IMG/VR virus record: IMGVR_UViG_3300049004_000093
Span: 1-48,519 of that record
DNA: 48,519 nucleotides
Direction: 5' to 3' (one strand)
Origin: a virus
Lineage: Duplodnaviria > Caudoviricetes
Below, in pieces: positions 26,856 through 36,500 of the stretch. Every line of letters starts with the position of its first letter. Within the stretch, counting starts at the first letter, position 1. The notes below the pieces were generated by a model. It ran no database searches and was not told where the DNA came from. It saw nothing but the letters and a program-made list of their open reading frames with translations. Both the position numbers and the translations under genes were made by a program.

Positions 26856-27064
26856 CGGTCCGGTACGGGCACGTTGTTGTCGGCGATCCACGCCTCGATC
26901 GTCGTCTCCCGCCACACCGGTCCCATCGCCAGCCGGGCGTCCGGCTCGGGCAGCTTTTTCCGGACGTGCCACTGAGCGACCGTCTGGCGGCTCACGCCAG
27001 CCCGCTGGGCGATCTCAGCGATGCCCATGCACCACCCGCCGAGGCCTGGCCCCTGAATCCTCAT
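26852..27064 (-). CDS. AlpA/excisionase-like HTH protein
   Basis: GIAEIA.RAGVSRQTV..W...LPEP...GPVW...IEAW pattern. Confidence 0.75.
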   Translation of the reverse strand: MRIQGPGLGGWCMGIAEIAQRAGVSRQTVAQWHVRKKLPEPDARLAMGPVWRETTIEAWIADNNVPVPDR

Positions 27065-27345
27065 CGGACGTTGCGGAATCCGGAGGCCAGCACGTCGCGG
27101 GCGGGAGAGAGAATGTCGACCTGCACGGAGTCGGTCACCGTCTCGTCGGACTCGGCCTGGAGGTTGTCGACGACGAATCCCGCCAGCCAGTCGGCCACCG
27201 TGGCGAGGGGGTCGCCCAGGTCGTAGTCGGTCCCGGCGGTAATGGTCTCGGTTATCCCGCTGGTGAAGCACTCGCCGTTGATGTAGGAGGCGATCAGATA
27301 GGAGTCGTCGGTGGCGGTGGCGTCTGTGCTCTGCGTTGTGTTCAT
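27061..27345 (-). CDS. Acidic hypothetical protein (leaderless)
   Basis: ATG at 27345, 7 nt after TTGACA-N17-CATCAT. Confidence 0.55.
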   Translation of the reverse strand: MNTTQSTDATATDDSYLIASYINGECFTSGITETITAGTDYDLGDPLATVADWLAGFVVDNLQAESDETVTDSVQVDILSPARDVLASGFRNVR

Positions 27346-27352
27346 GTCATCC

Positions 27353-27381
27353 ATGATGACAGAATGGGCGGGAGTTGTCAA
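27353..27381 (-). promoter_or_regulatory. SigA/HrdB-type promoter (TTGACA-N17-CATCAT)
   Basis: Consensus -35, 17-bp spacer and a leaderless ATG. Confidence 0.6.
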
Positions 27382-27434
27382 CAGCGATGACACTCGCCGG
27401 GTTAGTGGGTCAGCTCGTACCCCACTGGGTCACG

Positions 27435-27650
27435 CTACGCCTCCGGCTGGGCGGCCGGCTCGGTGGCAGCCCGCACCAGGTCAGTCAGCAGGACGGCGGG
27501 GTCCGCTCCGCAGCCCACGCACGCGCCGTCGTCGGCGCAGGCGAGACGGCCGTCCCGAGCCACGCAGGGCGTCATGTCGCTCTTGGCTCGGGGACAGCCG
27601 ATGTGGCCGGGGTCGTCGTTGTAGCGGCCGTAGCCGAGAGGCCCTTTCAT
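27435..27650 (-). CDS. Small Cys-rich hypothetical protein
   Basis: ATGA coupling with the upstream AlpA-like gene. Confidence 0.5.
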   Translation of the reverse strand: MKGPLGYGRYNDDPGHIGCPRAKSDMTPCVARDGRLACADDGACVGCGADPAVLLTDLVRAATEPAAQPEA

Positions 27651-27841
27651 GCTCCCGTCGTCCTCCGTCCGTGTTCCTTGGCCCAGCGCTCGACGTCTGC
27701 GCGGTTCCACACCCGGCCCTGTGATAGCTCGGCGGTCGGCGCCGGGAAGTCGTCGTTGGTGGCGAGCAGCTGGCCGAGCCGTTGCTTGGTCACCCCCAAG
27801 AGGGCCGCCGCTTCCTTCATCCCGAGCAGGTGATTGGCCAC
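27647..27841 (-). CDS. AlpA-like HTH regulator
   Basis: LLGMKEAA.LLGVTKQR..QL...FPAP..ELSQGRVW.R.DVERW pattern. Confidence 0.8.
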   Translation of the reverse strand: MANHLLGMKEAAALLGVTKQRLGQLLATNDDFPAPTAELSQGRVWNRADVERWAKEHGRRTTGA

Positions 27842-27847
27842 CTTCCG

Positions 27848-27890
27848 ACCGTACCTTCCCCTTGACCGGTGGTCAAGCATTCGGTAGGAT
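27848..27890. promoter_or_regulatory. Overlapping divergent promoters sharing the palindrome CTTGACC-GGT-GGTCAAG
   Basis: + strand TTGACC-N17-TAGGAT (27862-27890); - strand TTGACC-N17-TACGGT (27876-27848). Confidence 0.7.
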
Positions 27891-27970
27891 GGAGCCACTC
27901 AGATAGAGCGGCCGGCGGGGTGTTGCAGCACCCCCCGGCCCGGCCAGGAAGCCCTTAGGAGGTCCTGACA

Positions 27971-28243
27971 ATGGAGCACCCTACGGCGCTCGTCACCGAC
28001 GACGCCACCCCCCCGGCCACCTGCGCCTGCCAGCGCTACATCGACGCCGGTTGGCGCGTGCGTTGCGCGGCCTGCGGGCGCGACACGATCGACGGCCGCG
28101 GCGTCGCCGCTTACCTGCCCCCGGTGGAGATCGCCGACGGCGAGTACGCGGTCGAGCCCGACGGCGACGGCTTCGGCATCGAGCCGTGCGACATGGTGCG
28201 TGACGACGAGCTGGCCGATGCGGCCGAGAGGGCGGTGGCGTAG
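27971..28243 (+). CDS. Hypothetical protein (Cys-containing)
   Basis: AGGAGG SD; first gene of the + strand operon. Confidence 0.6.
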   Translation: MEHPTALVTDDATPPATCACQRYIDAGWRVRCAACGRDTIDGRGVAAYLPPVEIADGEYAVEPDGDGFGIEPCDMVRDDELADAAERAVA

Positions 28244-28474
28244 ATGGCCCCCCGCTTCACCCGGCCTGACTGGCGGTCCGATTGCCCGGATCGGGCGCCT
28301 GATCTCGTCTACGCGGCGGACTTGGGTGTGTCCCCGGAGGCAGTCCGTCGCGTCCTCAAGCGGGCTGGCCGCGCAAGCGCCCCGGTCGGGAGGCCGCCCC
28401 GAGGTGACCGGCCCGAGCCGAAAACCTCCCCCGCTCTGTCGCAGGCGCCTGCGAACATGGGTTCGGCGTCGTGA
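28244..28474 (+). CDS. Small HTH protein
   Basis: AADLGVSPEAVRRVLKRAG motif. Confidence 0.55.
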   Translation: MAPRFTRPDWRSDCPDRAPDLVYAADLGVSPEAVRRVLKRAGRASAPVGRPPRGDRPEPKTSPALSQAPANMGSAS

Positions 28475-28773
28475 GCGGCCGTCGAACGGGCTACCGCTCC
28501 CAGCGGCGCCCTCGGGTGGTGGAGGCAGCATGCACGACCAGATCGCACGACCTGGCCGAGATGGCCTTCGAGGCGGACTGCCTGGCCGTGGCCGCCGCCC
28601 CCGAGCCCAAGGACTGCCCCAGCTGCGCCGGCCGCGGTCGGGGCTGCGGTGTGTGCGGGGGGCTGGGCTTCGCGGCCGAGGCCGAGTGGGCGCTGGCGCT
28701 GCAGCTGGCGTTTGTGGCCGCGGCCGGTCTGGTCCTGCCCTGCGAGGACGACGAGGGGAGTGATGCCGCGTGA
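28471..28773 (+). CDS. Hypothetical protein with CxxCxGxG zinc finger
   Basis: CPSCAGRG.GC.VCGG.G; coupled starts. Confidence 0.55.
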   Translation: MSGRRTGYRSQRRPRVVEAACTTRSHDLAEMAFEADCLAVAAAPEPKDCPSCAGRGRGCGVCGGLGFAAEAEWALALQLAFVAAAGLVLPCEDDEGSDAA

Positions 28774-29633
28774 GCACCGAGCCCACCGCCATCGACGAGT
28801 CCTCGGCCGTGGCCTTGGTGGCTGCGGCCGCGGCCACCGTCGGGCCCTGCGCCCCTGACGCGTGGGATGTGGACCAAGTCCGCCAGCGGGCCTTCGACCT
28901 GCTGCGCCTGGTCCCCGTCGTGGTCGAGCGCTCCGCCGTGCTGGCCGCCTGCCGGCCGGTGACCGGGGTGATCGCCCAGGTCGAGGAGGTCAAGGGCCGG
29001 GGTGTCATCACCTTCCACGCCACCATGGGCGTGCCCCAGCCGAAGCAGGAGGTCGTCGACGGCCGCGGCGTGGAGTACCTGCGCACCGAGTGGCTCAACG
29101 AGCGCGCGGGCCGGGCCCTGTTCGACCAGGCCCGCTCCCTGCGGGGCCGCCACTGCCGCTTCGGCAAGCGCACCGAGCAGCTCACCGCCAGCAAGGCCGT
29201 CAGCATGGTGGAGTGGATCGAGGACCTCGGCCCCGATCCCAAGGCCACCGGTCCTGCGCCTCATTCCCGCGCGATTGCACCGCAATCTGACGCAATTGCG
29301 GCCCCCGCGCCCCGGGCCACCCCCGCCGGCACCACCCCGGAGGACGACCCGTTCCGTCCCTTCGATGCCAGCGACGAGCTGCTGGCCGGCATCGCCTGGG
29401 CCCGCAGCTTCGGCCGCTCGTGCTCGGACGCCAAGCTCTCTGAGCACGTCCGCCACGCCATCATCGACCACGCCACGTCGGGCCGGGTGCGCAGCGCCAG
29501 GGCGGTCCGCAAGGACGAGACCACCGCGGTGTGGAGCATCTTCAAGGCGGTCACCGCTGGCCGGCTGGCACCGGCCACCGTCGATGGCGCCGTGGTCCTG
29601 GTGGCGGCCGCATCGAACGGCACCGCGGCATGA
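28770..29633 (+). CDS. Hypothetical protein (287 aa)
   Basis: Coupled GTGA start; strong codon bias. Confidence 0.6.
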   Translation: MSTEPTAIDESSAVALVAAAAATVGPCAPDAWDVDQVRQRAFDLLRLVPVVVERSAVLAACRPVTGVIAQVEEVKGRGVITFHATMGVPQPKQEVVDGRGVEYLRTEWLNERAGRALFDQARSLRGRHCRFGKRTEQLTASKAVSMVEWIEDLGPDPKATGPAPHSRAIAPQSDAIAAPAPRATPAGTTPEDDPFRPFDASDELLAGIAWARSFGRSCSDAKLSEHVRHAIIDHATSGRVRSARAVRKDETTAVWSIFKAVTAGRLAPATVDGAVVLVAAASNGTAA

Positions 29634-29767
29634 CCGGCTTCATCTTCACCGTCGACCCTTGCGGTTGCCGCTACCGGCGTGTCCTGGTCAACACGGCCGA
29701 GGGCACCGAGGTGACGTGGGTGCAGATCGTGGGCTGCGACGCCCACCCGGCGCCGAGCGCGGCATGA
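29630..29767 (+). CDS. Small hypothetical protein
   Basis: ATGA overlaps at both ends. Confidence 0.45.
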   Translation: MTGFIFTVDPCGCRYRRVLVNTAEGTEVTWVQIVGCDAHPAPSAA

Positions 29768-30033
29768 GCCTCTACCTGCCCACCATGCCCGAAGCCCTCA
29801 GGTTCCGCCACGCCGATGGTCTCCCCGAACCCTACGAGATGGACAGCGAGCAGTGCCGCGACCTCGCTGGGCTCCTGCGCCTGCTGGCCTGCGTGGTCGC
29901 CGCCGATGGCATGGCGTCCAGCTCGCTCAACGAGTACCGCCAGAGCTGGATCACCCAAGCCTTCGCCTGGGTCGAGCTGCTCGATCCCCTCTTCGAGGCC
30001 TCGCTCGCCGCCACCAAGAAGGCCCGGTCGTGA
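29764..30033 (+). CDS. Hypothetical protein
   Basis: MSLYLPTMPE...; coupled. Confidence 0.5.
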   Translation: MSLYLPTMPEALRFRHADGLPEPYEMDSEQCRDLAGLLRLLACVVAADGMASSSLNEYRQSWITQAFAWVELLDPLFEASLAATKKARS

Positions 30034-30416
30034 CCACCACCACCCTGGCCCGTCTGCGGGCCCGCGGCACGGTCATCATCGAGGCCGACCGCGACGGCAT
30101 CAGGGTCTCCTGGTGGCCGAGGGGTCAGAAGGGCTGGCCGCTCTGCGGCCACGGGCGCCGCGGGGTCGACCTCGAAGCCATGCTCACCGAGCTGGAGGAG
30201 GAGACGCGCCCGCGGTGGTACCCCGATGTGGAGAGCGTCCGCGAGGCGCGGGAGGCGAAGGCCGAGCACGACCGGGCGGCGCGGCAGCGGTCGGCGCTGC
30301 GCACCATTGATCGGGTAGATCGACTGCGTGAGCGGTGGAGCCGGGAGCGTGAGCAGCGGCGGCTGGACCGTCCCGTGCGCCTGCGTCCGCCTGTGCCCGC
30401 CGGGTACAGGCGATGA
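30030..30416 (+). CDS. Hypothetical protein
   Basis: GTG at 30030, coupled. Confidence 0.5.
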   Translation: MTTTTLARLRARGTVIIEADRDGIRVSWWPRGQKGWPLCGHGRRGVDLEAMLTELEEETRPRWYPDVESVREAREAKAEHDRAARQRSALRTIDRVDRLRERWSREREQRRLDRPVRLRPPVPAGYRR

Positions 30417-30874
30417 CCACCACCACCGACCGCTCCGCGGCCATGGCTCGGCGCCTGGCCCAGCTTCGGGCCGAGCTCGGGACCGAGCCCCTCGTCAGCC
30501 ACGTCGACGACCCCGAACCCATCCGCGTCGGGTCGGTGCTGTCCCAGCGCGTCGACCCCCTGGCCGCCCACCAGCCCGTCACCGGGCGCGTGGTGGAGCG
30601 CTGGCACAACGCCGACGGCGAGCCCGGCCTGGTGCTCGTCAGCTTCTCCCGGAGCAAGGCCCTGACCCACCGCCTGCTGGTGGACCACGTGGTCACCGAG
30701 GCCGTCACGCCCCCGGACCCCTACGGCTGCACCGGCGCAGTCCGCAGCCTGTGGAGCGTGCTGGGGGCGGGCAGGGGCACCCTCGACGACCACGAGCGGC
30801 GGCTGCTGGCCTGGTGCCAGGCCCTGCTGGTGGCCGGCGGCCAGGTCGCCGCGCTCGACCCGTACCCTGCGTAG
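30413..30874 (+). CDS. Hypothetical protein
   Basis: ATGA coupling. Confidence 0.55.
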   Translation: MTTTTDRSAAMARRLAQLRAELGTEPLVSHVDDPEPIRVGSVLSQRVDPLAAHQPVTGRVVERWHNADGEPGLVLVSFSRSKALTHRLLVDHVVTEAVTPPDPYGCTGAVRSLWSVLGAGRGTLDDHERRLLAWCQALLVAGGQVAALDPYPA

Positions 30875-31171
30875 ATGGACTGGGAGCCGGCGGGACCGCC
30901 GTTCGTCGACGAGGAGGGCTGGTTCCTGTCCCCGGTCCACGCCGCCACCCACGCCGTCCTCGTCCAAGGCGGCGTCACGACCCCCGAGCGCGAGGCGTAC
31001 CGCATGGTCAAGGACGGCGGCGTGCACCGGGGACAGGCGATCGCCTGGCGAGCCCAGGAGGATGGCGTCCTGTACCCGGATCTCGGCCTTCTGCTTCGCC
31101 ACCTGGATTCTGCTGTGGCGAGACGCCGTGCCGGTACCGCTCCTGATCTACGTCTGGTTTCTAGAAACTAG
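30875..31171 (+). CDS. Hypothetical protein
   Basis: Last gene of the + strand operon. Confidence 0.5.
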   Translation: MDWEPAGPPFVDEEGWFLSPVHAATHAVLVQGGVTTPEREAYRMVKDGGVHRGQAIAWRAQEDGVLYPDLGLLLRHLDSAVARRRAGTAPDLRLVSRN

Positions 31172-31176
31172 AAACC
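31156..31176. repeat. AT-rich inverted repeat GGTTTCTAG-AAA-CTAGAAACC flanked by GATCTACG direct repeats
   Basis: Seen at the convergence of the + operon and the early minus-strand operon. Confidence 0.7.
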
Positions 31177-31179
31177 GAT

Positions 31180-31644
31180 CTACGCCGCCGGCGCCGTGAC
31201 CCTGATGTGGGGGGACGACAGCGAGACCGTGCGGGCCGGCCCGATGTCGACCGCCTTGACCCGGCCCATCTCGATCTCCGTGGCCATCGCCGCGGGGTCG
31301 ACCACCAGCCGCGTCACCCGCGCGTGCACGGCCCGGGTGACCAGCACCTTGAGCAGCTCGGGGTCGTAGCTGACCCGGGTGGGGGCGACTGGGGTGATCT
31401 GGCGCTCGCCCAGGACGAAGGGCTCGCTCAGCTTGGCCAGCGCCTGTTCGGCCACGGCGTCGTCGAGCACCTTGGAAACCAGGGCCGCGGCCCACGCCTC
31501 GGTCTCGGTGGGCGTGAAGCGACGTCGGCCCAGCTCGGCCAGCACGGCCTCGTTGTGCGTCTTGGCCTCGCGCTCGAGGGCCTTGATCTCCGCTCGCACC
31601 CGTCGATACTCCAGGGCCCGGTGCACGAGGGCCGAATCGGTCAT
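31180..31644 (-). CDS. Hypothetical phage protein
   Basis: MTDSALVHRALEYRRV...; coiled-coil N-terminus. Confidence 0.55.
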   Translation of the reverse strand: MTDSALVHRALEYRRVRAEIKALEREAKTHNEAVLAELGRRRFTPTETEAWAAALVSKVLDDAVAEQALAKLSEPFVLGERQITPVAPTRVSYDPELLKVLVTRAVHARVTRLVVDPAAMATEIEMGRVKAVDIGPARTVSLSSPHIRVTAPAA

Positions 31645-31655
31645 CCCCACGAGCC

Positions 31656-32084
31656 TCAGCCTTGTCCCGCATCGGCGCCGGTGGCGGGAGGTCGACCCTT
31701 GGGCGGCCCGGTGGGACGGCGTGCCCCCCGGGGATCGCGGGGGGGTCCGGTGGCGCGCCGGGCCCGGGCGATGCGCCGGCGCTCGCGCTCGGTCAGTCCG
31801 CCCCACACGCCGTGGCGGGTGCCAATGGCCAGCGCATACTCCAAGCACTGCACCTCGACCGGGCACTTATGGCAGAGCCGCACCAGCCACCCCGGGGTCT
31901 CCCGGTCGCCCTTGGCCGGGAAGAACAGGTCCCGGTCCACGTGCCGACACGCCGCGTCATCTACCCACTCGCCGGGGCGGAGCTGGTCCATGACTCGGCG
32001 CAGGCGCTCGGCGGCGTCGGCGTCGCCGGCGTCGGCCTGGCGCTCGAGGGCCACCACGTCGTCGGAACGCTCTATGGGGTCCAT
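31656..32084 (-). CDS. whiB: WhiB-family Fe-S transcription factor
   Basis: W.DDAAC...FFP...C..CPV...C...GVWGGLTERER motif. Confidence 0.9.
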   Translation of the reverse strand: MDPIERSDDVVALERQADAGDADAAERLRRVMDQLRPGEWVDDAACRHVDRDLFFPAKGDRETPGWLVRLCHKCPVEVQCLEYALAIGTRHGVWGGLTERERRRIARARRATGPPRDPRGARRPTGPPKGRPPATGADAGQG

Positions 32085-32542
32085 GTCACCAGCACCCCGG
32101 CGCCCACAGGCGGGTAATTGTCGGCCTCGGCCACCAGGCGCAGCACCCCGCCGCGGCCCACCACCACGGTCACCTCGACGACCTCGGCCCATAGCCGCTC
32201 GCCAGCCTCGGGCATGACTGGGTGGCCAGGACCGGGCGTGTCGTCGGTCGTCTCGGCCCTGTCACCGCCCGAACCCTCAACCGGTTGTGACACCGTGTCA
32301 CATCTACTTGAGGGTTTGGGCCCCGTCCGCTCCTCGATGGGGCGGGGCTTGGGCGTCTCCATCATCCGGTAGGCGGTGCGCCGACCCAGGCCGAAGCGCT
32401 CCTTCACGTAGTCGCCGAAGTTGGAGTGGGTCCGCCGGTACAGGTACTCGTCGCGGATGGCGACCAGCGCCGGCCCGCCCAGCTTGCCGGCCACCTCGAT
32501 GCCCACCTCCATGGCCCGCTCGACGGTGCGCTCCAGGCGCAC
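32072..32542 (-). CDS. Conserved phage protein (AL..IRD..LYR.TH..F..Y..ERF domain); start uncertain
   Basis: Recognisable phage domain. The frame extends to a CTG at 32587. Confidence 0.55.
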   Translation of the reverse strand: MRLERTVERAMEVGIEVAGKLGGPALVAIRDEYLYRRTHSNFGDYVKERFGLGRRTAYRMMETPKPRPIEERTGPKPSSRCDTVSQPVEGSGGDRAETTDDTPGPGHPVMPEAGERLWAEVVEVTVVVGRGGVLRLVAEADNYPPVGAGVLVTWTP

Positions 32543-32583
32543 GAGCCGGGCGGCCTCGGCCGGCTCCAGGGGCGCGACCCCGC

Positions 32584-32943
32584 TCAGCGGGCACCGCCCT
32601 CGGTGCCCTCGTCGTCGACGGCGATCGCGTGGCCCCGCGACGCCAGCTCGGAGATCTCCCCCTGGAGGGTCAGGGCGGGGGCATCGAGGTGCTGGAGCTG
32701 GAGGCGGTCGGCGATCCCGTAGAGGACCTTGGCCATGCGGGCGTCGCCGGCGCCGGCGGCGAAGCGCTCGGCCCAGATGACCAGGATGCGCAGCTCGTGC
32801 CAGGTCAGGCTGACGCAGACCCGGGTGGCGGTGTCGGCCGGTGTCCCGGTGTCCCCGCAGGTGGGGCAGGCGTCCAGGTCGTCACGGGGGGCGGTCTCGC
32901 ACCCGCAGACCAGGCACAGCCACGTGCCGGCGGTCTGGTCCAA
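32584..32943 (-). CDS. Zinc-ribbon hypothetical protein
   Basis: CLVCG...CPTCG motif. Confidence 0.55.
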   Translation of the reverse strand: MDQTAGTWLCLVCGCETAPRDDLDACPTCGDTGTPADTATRVCVSLTWHELRILVIWAERFAAGAGDARMAKVLYGIADRLQLQHLDAPALTLQGEISELASRGHAIAVDDEGTEGGAR

Positions 32944-33054
32944 GAGCGGGCCTCTGGTCTGGGTGGTGTTGGAGGCACGCGTGATGGGCGGAGCCGATCT
33001 GGGCGGGCCCGAGCGCCCAGGGTTTGGACGTCTCGGGCGAAGTGTGGCGGGCCC

Positions 33055-33423
33055 TCAGCCCTTGGTGGGGGAGGGGGGGCCGCGCCGGGCCCCGGTCTTG
33101 GCGTTGGCCCGGGCACCCGAGGCCGGGCGCCTGGCCGCCGGCGGCCGGGCGAAGGTGGAGGTCAGGGCCCCGTTGGCCCCGATGCCCTCGGCCCAGCACA
33201 CCAGGGCCGGCCCCCACCGGGCCAGCTCGTCGGCGGTGCACGGGATGGCGAAGGCCCCGCCGATGACGACCTGGAGGTCGCCGCCCTCGTAGTCGGCCCG
33301 GACCAGGGCCAGGTTGGGCACCGGTCGATCGCCGACCATGACGCCGTAGTTGCCGCCGCCGTGGTCGACCAGGGTGACCTCGGTGGCGTCCAGGGGGGTG
33401 GGCTTGGTCGTGCGCACCGTCAT
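33055..33423 (-). CDS. Hypothetical protein
   Basis: GAGGGAG SD; ATG at 33423; TACTCT -10 upstream. Confidence 0.55.
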   Translation of the reverse strand: MTVRTTKPTPLDATEVTLVDHGGGNYGVMVGDRPVPNLALVRADYEGGDLQVVIGGAFAIPCTADELARWGPALVCWAEGIGANGALTSTFARPPAARRPASGARANAKTGARRGPPSPTKG

Positions 33424-33511
33424 GGCGTGGGCTCCCTCGGGATTGGTTGGGGCAGCACCAGAGTACGCCGGGTGGGCGCGTGGTTCGGCGAACCTGCTGG
33501 TCAGGGGCGGG

Positions 33512-36500
33512 TCAGCCCACCGGCGACCAGCGTCCGGCGTGGTCGCGCTGGCGGGCAGGGGTCGCGCTGGCGGGCAGGGCCGACCAGGACCAGCCGACGA
33601 GCGCCTGCAGCTCGCGGGCCAGTTCGGGATCAAGGTCGCCGGTCGCCCGCTCCCGGCGCCACCGGAGCACCCACGCCCGCACCGGCACGCCGTTCTCGTG
33701 GTGGGCGTGAACCGGGTCGACCGGGCCCTCGCGCTCCAGCCACGCCCCCACTGCGGCGATCGCCGCTTCGACCTTGGCGTCCCACATGTTCCACACCCAG
33801 CCCGGTACGCCCTCCAGGGCGGCGACCCGATCGGCGGCCAGGCGACCCCGTGAGTGCTCCATCCGCCGGGTCGTGGCCCACGACGACAGGCGGCCCTGGG
33901 GGATGCGCAGCGGCCGGCCCGGCATGTGGTGGGCGGCCGCGAACGCCTCCAGCTCGGCCAGCCCGTCCTCCCACTGCGCGTCGTTGGTGTTCCACGTCCA
34001 GCCCGGCACGGCCTCCAGCCGCCGGGCCTTCGCCGCGGTCATGTTGGACCGGCGCTCGGCCCACCGGGCCCGCTGCTCGATCACCCACCGGCCCACGGCG
34101 AAGCCGGCGTAGGTCTCGCTGCCCCTGGGCTGGCGGCCGTGTCGCTGCTCGAACGCCACCAGATGCAGCAGGCCCTCCTCGAACAAGGCGTCACCAATGT
34201 CGTGGTAGCTGTCCACCCAGCCGGGCAGTGCCCGCAGCCTGGCGATGCGCTCAGCGCTCAGGCTGCCGTCGCGGATCCGCGTTCGCTGCTTGTTGGTCCA
34301 CTTCCCGATGTCCTGGCCGTCGACCGTGTCGCCCTGCGAGGGGGTGGCGTGGCCGTGCTCGGCCGCCCAGCGCACCAGCTTGGCGAAGCTCACGGCCCAC
34401 CGCGCGTCCTTGGTGTTCCAGACAAAGCCGGGGATCGCCTCCAGGGCGGCGATGCGGTCGGGGAACTGGTCGAGCCAGTGGCCGTCGTGGTCGGTGCGGG
34501 CGGCGCGGCAGGAGTTGAGGAACCGCCCGACGTACACGCCCCGCCACTGCTCGGCCTGCTTCGGGTCGTGGCCGTGGTGGGTCATGTAGTCCCGGAGTGC
34601 GTCGAGCTTGTCCCACCACCCTTCGTCGCGCGGCTCCCAGGCCCAGCCGGCGACCGTCTCCAAGGCAGCAACCCGTCCCGCCGCCAGCAGGCCGCGACGG
34701 CGCAGGGTGCGCTGGACGGTGCACCACGCCCCCAGGGCGAACGTCCCGGTGTCGTCGGGCACCGTGGTGGTCTGGCTCGGCACCGCCCCGTGCTCGGCCA
34801 CGTGGGCCAGCAAGCGGGCGTGGGCTTCGTCCCATGACGGGGTGGCCTCCCGGATCAGGTGCAGGGCCATGGCGCCGGCGATTGCACCGGTCGCCCCGCC
34901 AGGCACGTGCAGCTCGACGCGGGAGCCGAGCAGCCCGCGGGCAGCCCGTCGGCGCATGGTCGCCCCGAAATCGGCCCCGACGCGCACCCGTGCTCCCAGG
35001 CACCGACGGGTGTGGTCGAGGCGCGAGGCCAGCTCGTTGTCGTGGGAGCGCAGGGCCCGTAGCACACCGGCCACCAGGTCCACCGAGCGCCGGTCGCACC
35101 CGGCCAGCGGGTCGGTGGGATCGGGGTCACCCGTCAGCAGCACCGGCAGCAGAACGGTGCCGACCTTGGCCGACGTCGGCCGGCGCAGCGCCCGACCCGT
35201 GGCCTGCATGACGTCGGTCTCGGAATTCCGGGGGTCGACGATGGCCACGGCATCGAGGGCGGGCAGGTCGACGCCCTCACCCAGAGCCTTGGCGTTGGCC
35301 AACACGCCCCAGCTGCGCGGGTCGCCCAGCCGGGCGAGCAGACGCCGGCGAATCCGCACCGAGGCCCCGCCGTGCACGAAGCCCGACCACCCGTGGCCCG
35401 GCGGCCGCTCCGTTCCCAGAGCGTCGGCCACTGCTCCGATCAGCTGGGCAAAGCTGCGGGCCCGCTCGACGCGGGTGTGGAAGGAGACGCAGGAGCCCAG
35501 GCGCATCTCGCCCATGGCGCGGACCACTGCGATCGCCCCGGCCAACAGGTTCGGGTCGATCCCGGCCATCTCCGGGAGACGCGCCACCCGCTCGAAGACG
35601 TCCCGATCGACGGCGGCGACGATCACCCGGTAGTCGGCCACCACGCCGGCCGCCACCGCATCGGACAGGGGGAAGTCGAAGACCCGGGGCCCGAAGGCGT
35701 CGTCGCCCATGCCCACCAGCTCGACGTCGCCCCGCCGGCGGAACAGCCGGGGGGTGGCGGTCATGTAGAGGGTGGCGTACGTCGGTATCTCGCCCCGGAG
35801 CACCGGAGCAAAGGCCTTGTCGCTGGCCCCGGCCAGGTGGTGCGCCTCGTCGGCGACGACCAAGTCGAAGCCCGTGCCCGCGTCGGCGAGCACGGCGGAG
35901 GACTGGTAGGTGGCGAACACCAGGGCCGGCCCCGGCCCGGTCATGAACGCCCGCACCACCTCAGGGTCGGTGGTGGCCTCCAGGTCCAGCTCCCCGGTGT
36001 CGGAGCACACGGCGAGGCTGCGGGCAGCGGCCCACCGGGCGTCGGTGGCCCAGATGTCCGCGGTCTGGGCCACCAAGCCCAAGGACGGCACCAGCACCAG
36101 CACCCGCTCGGCGCCCAGCGCGTTGGCCGACCACAGGGCCACGTGCGTCTTCCCGGAGGCGGTGGCCATCGAGACCTGGCACCGGCCCCCGTCGCGCAGC
36201 GCCAGGGTCACCGCGGCCACGGCCTCGAGCTGGTGGGGCCACGGGTCGGGCACCGTGGACAGCGCCGGCGCCGGGTCGGGCGGATCGCGGTCGTCCTCGC
36301 GCCAGGCCAGGTAGGCCTCTTCGCCCACCACGCCCAGGATTCCGGCGGTGCGCAGGACCTGGCGCAGCCGCTGGCGACCGCGGGGCGACGTCCCACCCCA
36401 CCAGCCGTCGCTCTCGCCGTTGTAGAGCGCCGAGCCCAGGCAGGCGGCCTGGACCGGGCAACCCTCGCAGATGGCGCGCAGGTGGGCCGTGGGCTGGCCG

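Noticed and set aside
33541-33578. 19-bp tandem duplication at the helicase 3' end
   Set aside because: It lies after the last HA repeat and only alters the tail, consistent with neutral slippage.
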